The notes: a model not told the origin generated them from the letters alone. Counted from the first letter of the stretch, positions 7,975 through 17,038 are shown. The stretch: 64,000 nt of DNA from an uncultured Gammaproteobacteria bacterium (GCA_964486065.1 CAZAKN010000003.1:18559-82558), one strand, 5' to 3'. Made by a program: numbers and translations.

Positions 7975-9396
7975 ATGAAGAAAACCTTAGCTATTTTCGT
8001 GTTGACGACCATGCTTTTGTCAGTTTTTTCTTTGGGAGTCAATCAAGTTTCAGCGCATGGTGACGGTTATACGGATTGTGAAAAAGATCCGGTTTACGCC
8101 AAAGATTTTACCGCTAGTCCCACCGTTCATTTGCGTTTGCGCGAAAGAGCGTGCATGACCGATTCGCCGGTAATTACGGTGTTAAGTCCCAATTCAAACT
8201 ATCAGATTATCGCGGAAACGGACGGCTGGTATAAAGTGAAACTTGATGACGGTACCACCGGTTGGGCCGGTTCAGCTTTGATGCAAGCCACAAGCGCTGA
8301 TTATGCCAATAATGAAAAATTAAGCGATGCTTATGAAGCCGATGAAAAAACGATTGAAGCGAATGAATCATTAAATAAGGAAGAAAAGCAAATAACCGAT
8401 CGCGTCAAAGGCTACATTTTATTACAAGTGGAATCAGCCGGAGAAGCTTGGTATGTTGATCCGGTGGAAGAAAAAAGATTTTACATGAAAGATGGTCCGA
8501 CCGCTTATGAAATGATGCGCAGTTTCGGTTTGGGGATTTCCAATGGTGATTTGGAAAAACTTTTGGCCGGTGATTACAAATTGACTGATCGTTTGAAAGG
8601 TCGTATTGTTCTGGCCGTGCATCGCAATGGTGAAGCTTATTACATTCACCCCAAGGATCGTTCCGTGCATTATTTGAAAAACGGTGTCGAGGCTTATCGT
8701 ATTATGCGTTTGCTCAGTTTAGGCATAACCAATCGGGATTTGCTGAAAATTCGCGCGAAAAATGTCGTGAAAAACAAAATCGCGGAAAAGAAAAATACGG
8801 CTCCCGTAGAACATAATGGTTCCATTACTTTATCCGCGGAGGAAAGTAACGGTAATGTTTATTTAGATTGGTCGGTTGACGGTTTTAATTCCGCTAAAGG
8901 ATTTAAAGTGGTGATTTCAGAAGAGCCAAATCCGGTTTATCCCGGCAATACATACCATTATCATGCTTCTTCGGAAAAGCGCGCTGACACATGGACCAAT
9001 CTGGCTTCAGGGAAAACTTACCATTTCCGAGTTTGCGAATATTTAGGCGGGGAATGCGGAGTTTACAGCAATGATGTCAGTGTAACCATGTCCGGTGAAA
9101 TTATTGATAATTCTCAAGGTGTTATCACTTTGGATGGTGAAGTTAGTTCGGAAAACAAAGTTTTGTTGAATTGGTCTTTAAGTGAAATGATTTCACCAAA
9201 GGGATTTAAAGTGGTGATTTCAGAAGAGCTAAATCCGGTTTATCCCGGTAACACATATCATTATTTGAGTAATTCCGAAGTGCGTACCGATACTTGGAGC
9301 GGATTAAACAGTGGTACATATCATTTCCGAGTTTGCGAATATTTGGGTGGGAAGTGCGGAGTTTATAGTAATAATTTTCAAGTAACAATTGAATAG
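7975..9396 (+). CDS. Secreted surface protein: signal peptide, SH3b, two CPR-type GxILLQVE repeats, two FN3-like repeats
   Basis: MKKTLAIF signal; LRLR..ETDGWYKVKL..GW SH3b; RVKGYILLQVESAGEAWYV / RLKGRIVLAVHRNGEAYYI; duplicated GFKVVISEE..YHFRVCEY. Confidence 0.8.
   Translation: MKKTLAIFVLTTMLLSVFSLGVNQVSAHGDGYTDCEKDPVYAKDFTASPTVHLRLRERACMTDSPVITVLSPNSNYQIIAETDGWYKVKLDDGTTGWAGSALMQATSADYANNEKLSDAYEADEKTIEANESLNKEEKQITDRVKGYILLQVESAGEAWYVDPVEEKRFYMKDGPTAYEMMRSFGLGISNGDLEKLLAGDYKLTDRLKGRIVLAVHRNGEAYYIHPKDRSVHYLKNGVEAYRIMRLLSLGITNRDLLKIRAKNVVKNKIAEKKNTAPVEHNGSITLSAEESNGNVYLDWSVDGFNSAKGFKVVISEEPNPVYPGNTYHYHASSEKRADTWTNLASGKTYHFRVCEYLGGECGVYSNDVSVTMSGEIIDNSQGVITLDGEVSSENKVLLNWSLSEMISPKGFKVVISEELNPVYPGNTYHYLSNSEVRTDTWSGLNSGTYHFRVCEYLGGKCGVYSNNFQVTIE
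8901..9372 (+). repeat. Intragenic direct repeat (8901-9072 and 9204-9372) encoding two FN3-like domains
   Basis: Near-identical blocks ATTTAAAGTGGTGATTTCAGAAGAGC and CATTTCCGAGTTTGCGAATATTT in both copies. Confidence 0.85.
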
Positions 9397-9470
9397 TAAA
9401 AAAAGAGTCGCTTTCCGAAGAGGCTCTTTTTTAGTATAATTGAAATAAGATTAATAATCATATTGTAAAT

Positions 9471-9968
9471 ATGTATAAGGAACAAAGAGTGGGGATGTTA
9501 GTGGATGTGCAAAATCTTTATTACAGCGCGCGGGTTTTGTATAAGAAAAAGGTTAATTTTGGCGCGGTTTTAAAAGAAGGCGTCGGTGATCGTAAATTGA
9601 TTCGCGCGATTGCTTACGGAATCAGCACGGCCGAAGGTATGGAAGAAAAATTTTTTGACGCTTTGGTGAAATCGGGTTTTGAAGTCAAAACCAAAGATTT
9701 ACAAATATTTCCGGGTGGAGCGAAGAAAGGCGATTGGGATGTGGGCATTACCGTGGACGCGATTAAACTTTCAAAAAATTTGGATGTTATCATTATTGTG
9801 TCCGGTGACGGCGATTATTTGCCTCTGTTGGAATACTTGTCTGCCACATCGGGTTGTCGCGTGGAAGTGATGGCTTTTAAAGAATCGGGTAGCGCCAAAT
9901 TGATTGAAAGTGCGGACAGTTTTATTGATTTGTCAGCTAATAAAAGAAAATTTTTAATGGCAAGATAA
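9471..9968 (+). CDS. NYN domain protein (LabA/DUF88, PIN-like)
   Basis: VDVQNLYY, KGDWDVGITVD, SGDGDY, ADSFIDL. Confidence 0.92.
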   Translation: MYKEQRVGMLVDVQNLYYSARVLYKKKVNFGAVLKEGVGDRKLIRAIAYGISTAEGMEEKFFDALVKSGFEVKTKDLQIFPGGAKKGDWDVGITVDAIKLSKNLDVIIIVSGDGDYLPLLEYLSATSGCRVEVMAFKESGSAKLIESADSFIDLSANKRKFLMAR

Positions 9969-9971
9969 AAG

Positions 9972-10670
9972 ATGAAAAAAGAAAATCCTTTTCAAAACAA
10001 TTATGGTGGTTCAAGATTTTCCACTTTTCGTTCCGGCGGAGATCAAGTTATTATAGATCCGACGGAAAACGCTTTACGCCAAGAGAAAAATAAAAGAAAA
10101 AGTAAAGCGGAAAAAGAAAAAAAATTCGTTAATTTGGAAAAAGTCAATCAAACATTGACCGCTTTAAAAAAAATTAAATTTGACGATGATTTGACCGCGG
10201 AAGAAATAAAAGAGCAAAAACCTGAATTAAAAAAAAGAATTAAGTTGGCGAAAAAGGCGATTTCCGATGTGTATGATTATGTGGCTGAATATGCTCAAGT
10301 AGTAAGAAAAATGGAAGCTTTCAAATCTTCGCAAAAAGATAAATTATCCGGCAAGAATTGGCGTGATGAATTAAAAGAGCTTGATGAATCAAGGCGTCGC
10401 AAACATAACGCGCTTATTTCCACCATCCAAGGAGCGGTGCGATATATGCGTGAACAATTTTCCGAATTGTCTGAATCGCAAATGGAAAAATTTGAAGAAA
10501 AAATGGATAGGCAGGATAAAATGTTTTTGGAAATTAAAAGATTAAATTTTGATAAAAATATTTTTATGCCCGATTGGGTTAATTTGCGTGATAGAAAAAG
10601 TATCGCCGAGTGGGCTTTTGTTTTGGCTGAAGAATTGGAATTGCAACGAGAATTGGAAGACCTTCAATAA
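9972..10670 (+). CDS. Helical hypothetical protein, DUF3232-like
   Basis: LDESRRRKHNALIS and DRKSIAEWA resemble DUF3232 motifs; 3 nt after the NYN stop. Confidence 0.55.
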   Translation: MKKENPFQNNYGGSRFSTFRSGGDQVIIDPTENALRQEKNKRKSKAEKEKKFVNLEKVNQTLTALKKIKFDDDLTAEEIKEQKPELKKRIKLAKKAISDVYDYVAEYAQVVRKMEAFKSSQKDKLSGKNWRDELKELDESRRRKHNALISTIQGAVRYMREQFSELSESQMEKFEEKMDRQDKMFLEIKRLNFDKNIFMPDWVNLRDRKSIAEWAFVLAEELELQRELEDLQ

Positions 10671-10719
10671 ACCGATTTAATAAAAAGAAAAAAGGGAGAG
10701 CCGTGGCTCTCCTTTTTAT

Positions 10720-10998
10720 TTACTTTTTTTGAAAATAGCTATTGCCCAAGCGGAAAACCGCTTGCAACAGAATTTTTTCCGGGAAATATTTCCCCAAAAG
10801 TTTTTGCAGTTGAACTGCTTTGCTTTGCAGGATTTCTTCATACTCCATAGCTTGAGTTTTATGCCCCAAATTTTTTTGAAAACCCGATTTAAGCAATAAT
10901 CCGTAGATTTCGGTTACCAATTCTCTGACGCTCGTTGATTCCCGATCTCTTTCTTTCAAAGTTTCCATTAGTTCTTGATCAGTGAAAGATTTTTTCAT
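10720..10998 (-). CDS. Hypothetical protein (92 aa)
   Basis: GGAGG SD before ATG 10998; TTGACA-17-TAATTT promoter; shared terminator at 10688-10717. Confidence 0.6.
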   Translation of the reverse strand: MKKSFTDQELMETLKERDRESTSVRELVTEIYGLLLKSGFQKNLGHKTQAMEYEEILQSKAVQLQKLLGKYFPEKILLQAVFRLGNSYFQKK

Positions 10999-11085
10999 CG
11001 TAACCTCCATATTTCCTTGGCAAATGAACAATAATATAAATTACCATGCAAGATTGTGATTGTCAAGGTGTGTTATAATTAGTAT

Positions 11086-11967
11086 ATGAATAAATATTTC
11101 CAATTATCGTTTTTGGTTTTTGTGGCAGTTCTGCTTCTGCTGACCTTTAATTTGGGTTATTTTTCAACGCCACCGACGGTTGAAATTGATTTAAACGAAG
11201 AAAAAACATTGGAAGCTCATTTTTTAGATGTGGGGCAAGGAGACGCGATTTACATTCGCACTCCGGATGAAGTGGATGTTTTGATAGACGGTGGACCGGA
11301 CAATAATTTGCTTAGCCGCTTGGGTCAGGTAATGCCGTTTTATGATCATCGGATTGATATTATGATTTTAACGCATCCTCACGCGGATCATGTTACGGGG
11401 TTGGTGGAAGTTTTAAAAAGATATGAAGTCGGAGAGATATATTATACCGGAGTTTTGCATTCCACCGCTGATTATTTAACTTGGTTAAGATTGATTGAAG
11501 AAAAAGGTATTCCATTAAAAATAGTCCAAAGTTTTTTTGAATTGCGATTGGATGACAATATAGATTTACAATTTTTATACCCGGATCACAGTTTGATAAA
11601 TAAAAAAGTTGCAGAATTGAATAATAGTTCCATTGTAAACAGATTGGTTTATAACAATATTGAAATTATGTTAACAGGAGACGCGGAAGCGGAAGTGGAA
11701 GAACATTTATTGGTGAGCGGGCATGACTTATCAGCGGATATTTTCAAAGCTGGGCATCATGGCAGTTCCAGTTCAAGTTCAGAGGAATTTGTTCGGGCGG
11801 TTGATCCTGAAGCGGTGATTATACAATCCGGTCAAGATAATGCTTTCGGACATCCGCATTTACGAAGTTTGCGCTTATTTGAAAGATTGAATCTAAATAT
11901 TTATCGCAATGATTTACTTGGGACGATTTCAGTTTATACGGATGGCGATCAATACTTTATTGATTGA
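11086..11967 (+). CDS. ComEC-type metallo-beta-lactamase domain protein (stand-alone, N-terminal membrane anchor)
   Basis: FLDVGQGD, LIDGG, THPHADH, NNSS, LTGD, GHHGS, FGHPH. Confidence 0.9.
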   Translation: MNKYFQLSFLVFVAVLLLLTFNLGYFSTPPTVEIDLNEEKTLEAHFLDVGQGDAIYIRTPDEVDVLIDGGPDNNLLSRLGQVMPFYDHRIDIMILTHPHADHVTGLVEVLKRYEVGEIYYTGVLHSTADYLTWLRLIEEKGIPLKIVQSFFELRLDDNIDLQFLYPDHSLINKKVAELNNSSIVNRLVYNNIEIMLTGDAEAEVEEHLLVSGHDLSADIFKAGHHGSSSSSSEEFVRAVDPEAVIIQSGQDNAFGHPHLRSLRLFERLNLNIYRNDLLGTISVYTDGDQYFID

Positions 11968-12060
11968 CAAAAAGAAGATTTAACTATATATTTAAATTCC
12001 CCAAGCCGCACTTTCAATAATTTATCGCGCTCCATAAGACGGGAGGAAGGAGCAAGAATC

Positions 12061-13047
12061 ATGATCGTGACAACATACGGAACTCGCGGAAGCGTGCCTG
12101 TTTCTCGCCCCGGAACCGCCAAGTACGGCGGTAACACCACATGTTTGCGAGTTGATTCGGATTGCTTGCCAAAAGACACTTGGCTGGTGATTGATACCGG
12201 TTCGGGTTTTGTGCCATTGGCATACGACGCCTTGAAAGCCGGTGTTAAGCGGATTATCATACTGCAAACACATCACCACCATGACCACAATCAAGGTTTG
12301 CTTTTGGCGCCGATAACCTTCATCAAGAGCATCCCGATCCACATTTACGGTCCCGTGCAAAATGGTGTCGGTCCCAAAGAAGTTCTGGAACAAGTGATGC
12401 GAAAGCCACTTTTCCCGGTGGACTTCAAGCAGGTGGCCAGCCATTTCCACATCAACAAATTTGAATACCCCGGCAATCAGGTGTTTCTGATCCATCCGGT
12501 CGGCGGTTTCAAGCGGTTGGATGTGGACAGCTACGAAAGATCTCTGGATCAAGGCAAATTGATGTCATTCAGCTCCAAGACATCCTTTGATGTTGACGAG
12601 TGTTTGGTGATCAAGATGCACTCTACGGAACATCCGGAGCAAACGGTTTCGTACCGTTTTGAAGACCGTCCGCGAGGGCGCGTTTTCTGTCTGCTTACGG
12701 ACCACGAGAATCAGGACGGTATCCCACTTTCTTTGCGTGCGCATTTGAAAGAAGCGGATTTGCTGATTCAGGATGTTCAGTTTGATGAGGTAACCTACAT
12801 GGAACGCACGGCCGGATTCGGTCATGGTACCGCCAAGTATGCCGTTCGTTTGTCCAACTTGGTTGGGGCAAAAAGATTGGGTTTAACCCACCACGATCCC
12901 ATGAGCGATGATGACCAAGTGGAAGTCATTTTGACTGAAGCGCGGGAAAACGCTCATCGCGCCAGAACTGAAACGGGTGAAGAAGGAAACGGCCTTGCCG
13001 ATGAACAAATCTTCGCCTGTCAAGATTACGGCGTCTACGAGGTCTAA
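12061..13047 (+). CDS. MBL-fold metallohydrolase (RNase Z/PhnP-like phosphodiesterase family)
   Basis: GTRGSVP..YGGNTTC, IDTGSG, THHHHDH, TDHE, GFGHG, THHDP; strong SD. Confidence 0.88.
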   Translation: MIVTTYGTRGSVPVSRPGTAKYGGNTTCLRVDSDCLPKDTWLVIDTGSGFVPLAYDALKAGVKRIIILQTHHHHDHNQGLLLAPITFIKSIPIHIYGPVQNGVGPKEVLEQVMRKPLFPVDFKQVASHFHINKFEYPGNQVFLIHPVGGFKRLDVDSYERSLDQGKLMSFSSKTSFDVDECLVIKMHSTEHPEQTVSYRFEDRPRGRVFCLLTDHENQDGIPLSLRAHLKEADLLIQDVQFDEVTYMERTAGFGHGTAKYAVRLSNLVGAKRLGLTHHDPMSDDDQVEVILTEARENAHRARTETGEEGNGLADEQIFACQDYGVYEV

Positions 13048-13115
13048 CCTCTAAACATCAACTCTTTCTCGCCGGAGCGAGTACCGGTAAAGATTGAAAT
13101 CGCGGTAAAAGGGGA

Positions 13116-13145
13116 AAGGTCGCGTCTCTCAAGACGCGACCTTTT
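13116..13145 (+). terminator. Intrinsic terminator after MBL hydrolase
   Basis: AAAGGTCGCGTCT-ctca-AGACGCGACCTTTT. Confidence 0.8.
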
Positions 13146-13210
13146 AAGTTTACAAAAATGATTTTTTTGTTATAATAAAGCCGAAATGAATTAATAATAA
13201 TCATTATTTT

Positions 13211-13801
13211 ATGCAGAGAACTTTAGTGGTTATCAAGCCGGACGGTGTTCAGAGAACTTTGGTGGGAGAAATCATCAAGCGTTATGAAAGAACCGGTTTA
13301 AAATTGGCGGCTTTAAAAATGTTGATTCCGAATCCGGAAATGGTTAACGAACATTATTCTATTGATCCGGAATGGAAAGCGGAGGTGGGAAGAAAAGCTT
13401 TTGCCGCTTATGAAAAAAAAGGCAAAAAACCGCCTTATGAAAATCCTGAAGAGTGTGGAGAAGCGGTTTTGCAAAGATTGAAAAAATATTTATCCGCGGG
13501 TCCGGTGGTGGCCATGATTTGGCAAGGGAATGAAGCAGTGGGATTAGTGCGGAAAATCACCGGCGCAACCGAACCTTTAAGTTCCGATGTGGGAACTATT
13601 CGCGGTGATTTTACTTTGGACTCTTACGGTTTGGCGGATGGAGATCAGCGAGCTGTTCGCAATTTGGTTCACGCGTCCGGTTCTCCGGAAGAAGCGGAAA
13701 AAGAAATTCCCATTTGGTTTAAAGAAGAAGAAATTCAGCAATATGTATTGGCTCATGATAAAATTTTGTATGATGTTGATTTGGACGGTATAAAAGAATA
13801 A
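13211..13801 (+). CDS. ndk: Nucleoside diphosphate kinase (long form with insertion)
   Basis: RTLVVIKPDGVQR, GPVVAM, GTIRGDF, NLVHASGS. Confidence 0.96.
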   Translation: MQRTLVVIKPDGVQRTLVGEIIKRYERTGLKLAALKMLIPNPEMVNEHYSIDPEWKAEVGRKAFAAYEKKGKKPPYENPEECGEAVLQRLKKYLSAGPVVAMIWQGNEAVGLVRKITGATEPLSSDVGTIRGDFTLDSYGLADGDQRAVRNLVHASGSPEEAEKEIPIWFKEEEIQQYVLAHDKILYDVDLDGIKE

Positions 13802-13817
13802 AATTTGAATAAATTTT

Positions 13818-13846
13818 AAAGGAGCCGTATTGATACGGCTCCTTTT
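13818..13846. terminator. Bidirectional terminator
   Basis: AAAGGAGCCGTAT / ATACGGCTCCTTTT. Confidence 0.8.
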
Positions 13847-13856
13847 TGTTTGGTGG

Positions 13857-14252
13857 TCAGTATTTCACGCAGGAAATCTCCGCAATCTCACATGATTCAC
13901 ACATGAGATTTCCGGCATGACTTTCCACATCACAGAAGCGACTTCTTTTTTTCGCTTCCGCCCTGCCGTAAGTCTGAACATCAGCAATATAATCGCAAGC
14001 TTGATGCTTTTTGCAATTATGCGAGCTGATGTAACAGACACCGTTGAAATCGTAGCGAGCTTCCACGGCCGCGCAAGTGCCGTCAAACCGCCCACTGACG
14101 AAATCGTCAATGTTTTGCCTCGTGCATTCCTTGTTGTTACATTGGCGCAGTGTGACACAAGCGCCGTCCAGTTCTTCGTCTTGAAAATCACACGGTGCTT
14201 CCATGCAACCCGTTAAGACGAAGAAAAAAATCAAAAAGAAAAGAGCTTTCAT
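13857..14252 (-). CDS. Cys-rich lipoprotein (131 aa)
   Basis: MKALFFLIFFFVLTGC lipobox; 12 further Cys; GGAGG SD; TTGACT-17-TATAAT promoter. Confidence 0.75.
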   Translation of the reverse strand: MKALFFLIFFFVLTGCMEAPCDFQDEELDGACVTLRQCNNKECTRQNIDDFVSGRFDGTCAAVEARYDFNGVCYISSHNCKKHQACDYIADVQTYGRAEAKKRSRFCDVESHAGNLMCESCEIAEISCVKY

Positions 14253-14399
14253 GGTTTCCTCCATTTTTTTGAAATTAACAAAAAACCAATTATTTAATTA
14301 TATCATAATTTTTACAAAAAGTCAATCACGCAATCCGATTAACCTTAAAATTTGACTAAAATTAAATAAAAAAGCCGACTAGTTTTAGTCGGCATGATT

Positions 14400-15659
14400 T
14401 TATTGACATTTCTTGCAACCATTGATTTTTTCTCGGGCCGCGAACGAACCGCGAATAATGCCTTCTTGAACTTTTTTAAAGGCTTGTTCAGTGGTCGGAT
14501 CTTCCCAATCCACTCCGAAGATGCTGGTGGGAAAATAGTAAGGAAACAAAGACCAAAGTTGTCGCAAGCGGTAGTAATGGTGATTTTCTTCGCCCAGTGA
14601 ATAGTTTCTATTGAAATAATCACGGAAGTGAAAAATTTGCACTTCCACCAAAATTCCCAAAATGTGAACCGTAAACTTTATTTCCGGTTGAGAGCCTTGT
14701 GAAAAGGATTTGGTATTGGGATATTTGGCGCCATTGCCACAGATTTGCGAATTGTACAGCACGCCACCGTTCAGAAAAATTTTGTTCATTAAACGATTGA
14801 TTCCTTGTTCCAGATCGTTTTCCGAGAAAAAGATCAGCGAGATGCCATGCTTGTCGTAAGAGCTGGGATATTCGGCCGTGCTTTTCAAGTGCGTTTTTTC
14901 CTGATCGCGGTCGCGAGTCTTGTTGCGACTGTCAAACATTACCGAAATGTGTCGGTCGCCTTCAGCGGGAATTCGCCGAGTGGCTACTTTCATCTCCCAG
15001 ACATTGTCGGCTCCGTTTTGGCTGAAAGCATGAAATCTTTTTTGCGGAGTTTTGTCGCAGATTACTTTGAGCGGAACTTTATCAATTCCGCCGGCAAAAT
15101 ATTCTTCTTCCAGGAGTTGCGTGAAGATGCTGAAATCTTCAGTGGCGAAAAGCTGGTTGTGTACCGCCATCATAAAAGCTCGCATGGCGTAATGCCAATA
15201 GAGATTGGCCAAAAAGGATCGTCTTTCACGCAAATCTTTTTCTTTCCCGGGCGGCTCCCAAACGTAGATCAACAATCTACGCGGATCATTGGTGATACTG
15301 ACGATGCCGTCTGAAGAAAAAATATTTTTCAACTTTTCCGGAAAAAATTTTTCCACGGTATTATTGAAATAATTTTTGGCATCTTGGATGGCGCGCGTGA
15401 AATACTGGTAAGCGATTTTTTGCGTCAAACCGTTACCGGCCGATCTTTGTAGCATTTGGCTGATCATTTTTTCACCTTTGGATTCCGAAGTTTTAACGAT
15501 TTCCAAATAAAGATTGTGCAAGGGCATGAGTTTCATCCAAGCCAAAGGGTAAACTTGTTTAAAGTTTTTTCCGTCATGTTGTTTTTTAAAATCGCTTTCA
15601 GGCATCATGAAAAGTTGTGGCAAGTTTTCCGGAGAAATGATATCTGACAAATCTTTCAC
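14400..15659 (-). CDS. Divergent RelA/SpoT-like nucleotidyltransferase with N-terminal helical domain
   Basis: Ordered motifs SRNKT..EK, YDKHGISLI, VEVQI, HHYYR; GTG start with AGGGGG SD; terminator at 14374-14393. Confidence 0.6.
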   Translation of the reverse strand: MKDLSDIISPENLPQLFMMPESDFKKQHDGKNFKQVYPLAWMKLMPLHNLYLEIVKTSESKGEKMISQMLQRSAGNGLTQKIAYQYFTRAIQDAKNYFNNTVEKFFPEKLKNIFSSDGIVSITNDPRRLLIYVWEPPGKEKDLRERRSFLANLYWHYAMRAFMMAVHNQLFATEDFSIFTQLLEEEYFAGGIDKVPLKVICDKTPQKRFHAFSQNGADNVWEMKVATRRIPAEGDRHISVMFDSRNKTRDRDQEKTHLKSTAEYPSSYDKHGISLIFFSENDLEQGINRLMNKIFLNGGVLYNSQICGNGAKYPNTKSFSQGSQPEIKFTVHILGILVEVQIFHFRDYFNRNYSLGEENHHYYRLRQLWSLFPYYFPTSIFGVDWEDPTTEQAFKKVQEGIIRGSFAAREKINGCKKCQ

Positions 15660-15786
15660 TCATTACCCCCTAATGGTTGTTTTGGTAAAGAACAGCACGA
15701 TAGCAGACTATCAATAATTCGGTTTTTTGTAAAGCCTTTCTCTGTCTTGATTTTATTAAAAATGTTATGATGTTGATGATATAAAT

Positions 15787-16035
15787 ATGGATATACAAGA
15801 AATTCGTGACAACATAAAAAAAACCGATGACAAAATTTTTGATTTGTTTATCACTCGTTTTGAATTGGTAGCGAAAATTCGTAGTTTGAAAAAGGCGCGC
15901 GGTTTAAAAGTTAAAGATAAAACAAGAGAAAAGGAATTGATTGAAAAACAAATTTCCAGAGCCGGTTTACCGGAAAAATTTATAAAAAAAATTTATAAAA
16001 CCGTTTTTAAACAAGCTTACAGGATTTTGAAATAA
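15787..16035 (+). CDS. Chorismate mutase type II (AroQ-like), stand-alone
   Basis: IQEIRDNI..TDDKI..L..RFELV..I..LK..VKDKTREKE. Confidence 0.75.
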   Translation: MDIQEIRDNIKKTDDKIFDLFITRFELVAKIRSLKKARGLKVKDKTREKELIEKQISRAGLPEKFIKKIYKTVFKQAYRILK

Positions 16036-16088
16036 ATTTTGGCAAAGTTAAAAGGCGTCCGAATTTTCGGTACGCCTTTTTTGTATTG

Positions 16089-16847
16089 TTATTCTTCCTG
16101 AGTTTGCAGGTCATAAGCCACGCAAAACACGGCTTTGATCCTGCAGGTGATACTGCACTGCGCGTCTTGTTCGCAGTTTTCCGTGTGGATGCCACAGGCA
16201 CATCCGCCATATCCGTACCGCGATTTGAAATCATCGCAATAGCCGTCCGCCAAGTGAGGGCAGGGGCAATAATACGGATTTTGTGTGGAGCGGATCAATT
16301 GATTGGCATCCCGCCGATCGCAATCACCGCACTCTACGATGGTGACATCCGGCTTATTGCCTTCCACCACATCCCAGTCCGGCTCGCCGGACGAACTCCC
16401 GCCGGAGTTTTGTTGGCGTCCTGACGGCTCGGAATCAGCATCCGGCGAATCGTATCCCGCACTGTTTACAGTGTCGGGACCGTCATCATTGACGATGCTT
16501 CCGGAATGCACCAAGCAATACACTTGCGTGATATTGCAGTCATAGGTGCAGATCTGCGCTTCTTCTTCCTCGCAGTCCGATTCCGCGCCACAGGTGCAAT
16601 CCTGCAACCCCGCCAAGCCACAGTAGTGGCTACTCAGATCCTGGCACAGCAAGGAGTACTTGCTGTCTCGGATCCAAGATTCGGCACCCGCCTGGTCCAG
16701 CTCCAGCATGGAGTGAACGGTCACGCGGGTGCCGTTGTTTGTGGTGAATGTTTTCGCATCCTCCTCAAATTTACCGATTGAGGGGACATCTTTCTCACCG
16801 CAGGCGGTGAGGGAAACAAGGATCAAGAAAAAAACGAAAAACCGCAT
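16089..16847 (-). CDS. Cys-rich lipoprotein with two repeated domains and a Ser/Gly/Asp linker (252 aa)
   Basis: MRFFVFFLILVSLTAC lipobox; AAGGAGG SD; TTGACA-17-TATAAT promoter; internal duplication of Cys pattern. Confidence 0.78.
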   Translation of the reverse strand: MRFFVFFLILVSLTACGEKDVPSIGKFEEDAKTFTTNNGTRVTVHSMLELDQAGAESWIRDSKYSLLCQDLSSHYCGLAGLQDCTCGAESDCEEEEAQICTYDCNITQVYCLVHSGSIVNDDGPDTVNSAGYDSPDADSEPSGRQQNSGGSSSGEPDWDVVEGNKPDVTIVECGDCDRRDANQLIRSTQNPYYCPCPHLADGYCDDFKSRYGYGGCACGIHTENCEQDAQCSITCRIKAVFCVAYDLQTQEE

Positions 16848-17038
16848 AATAAACCTCCTTGAAAATTGTAAAAATAACAACATTCAATTATATCATTTTA
16901 AATTAAATTTGTCAAACATGATTATGAGAAATTGGCTAAATTTAAATAAATTCACAATATTTATTGTAAAAAAATGAAGATATTCAGTCAAAATAATTGA
17001 AAAAAAGTCGCCAAAGGTTTATAATAAGTGCAGTTTAT

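Noticed and set aside
8901-9372. DGR template/variable repeat pair
   Set aside because: Both copies are coding in one gene, differences are mostly synonymous C/T rather than adenine-specific, and no reverse transcriptase is in the window.
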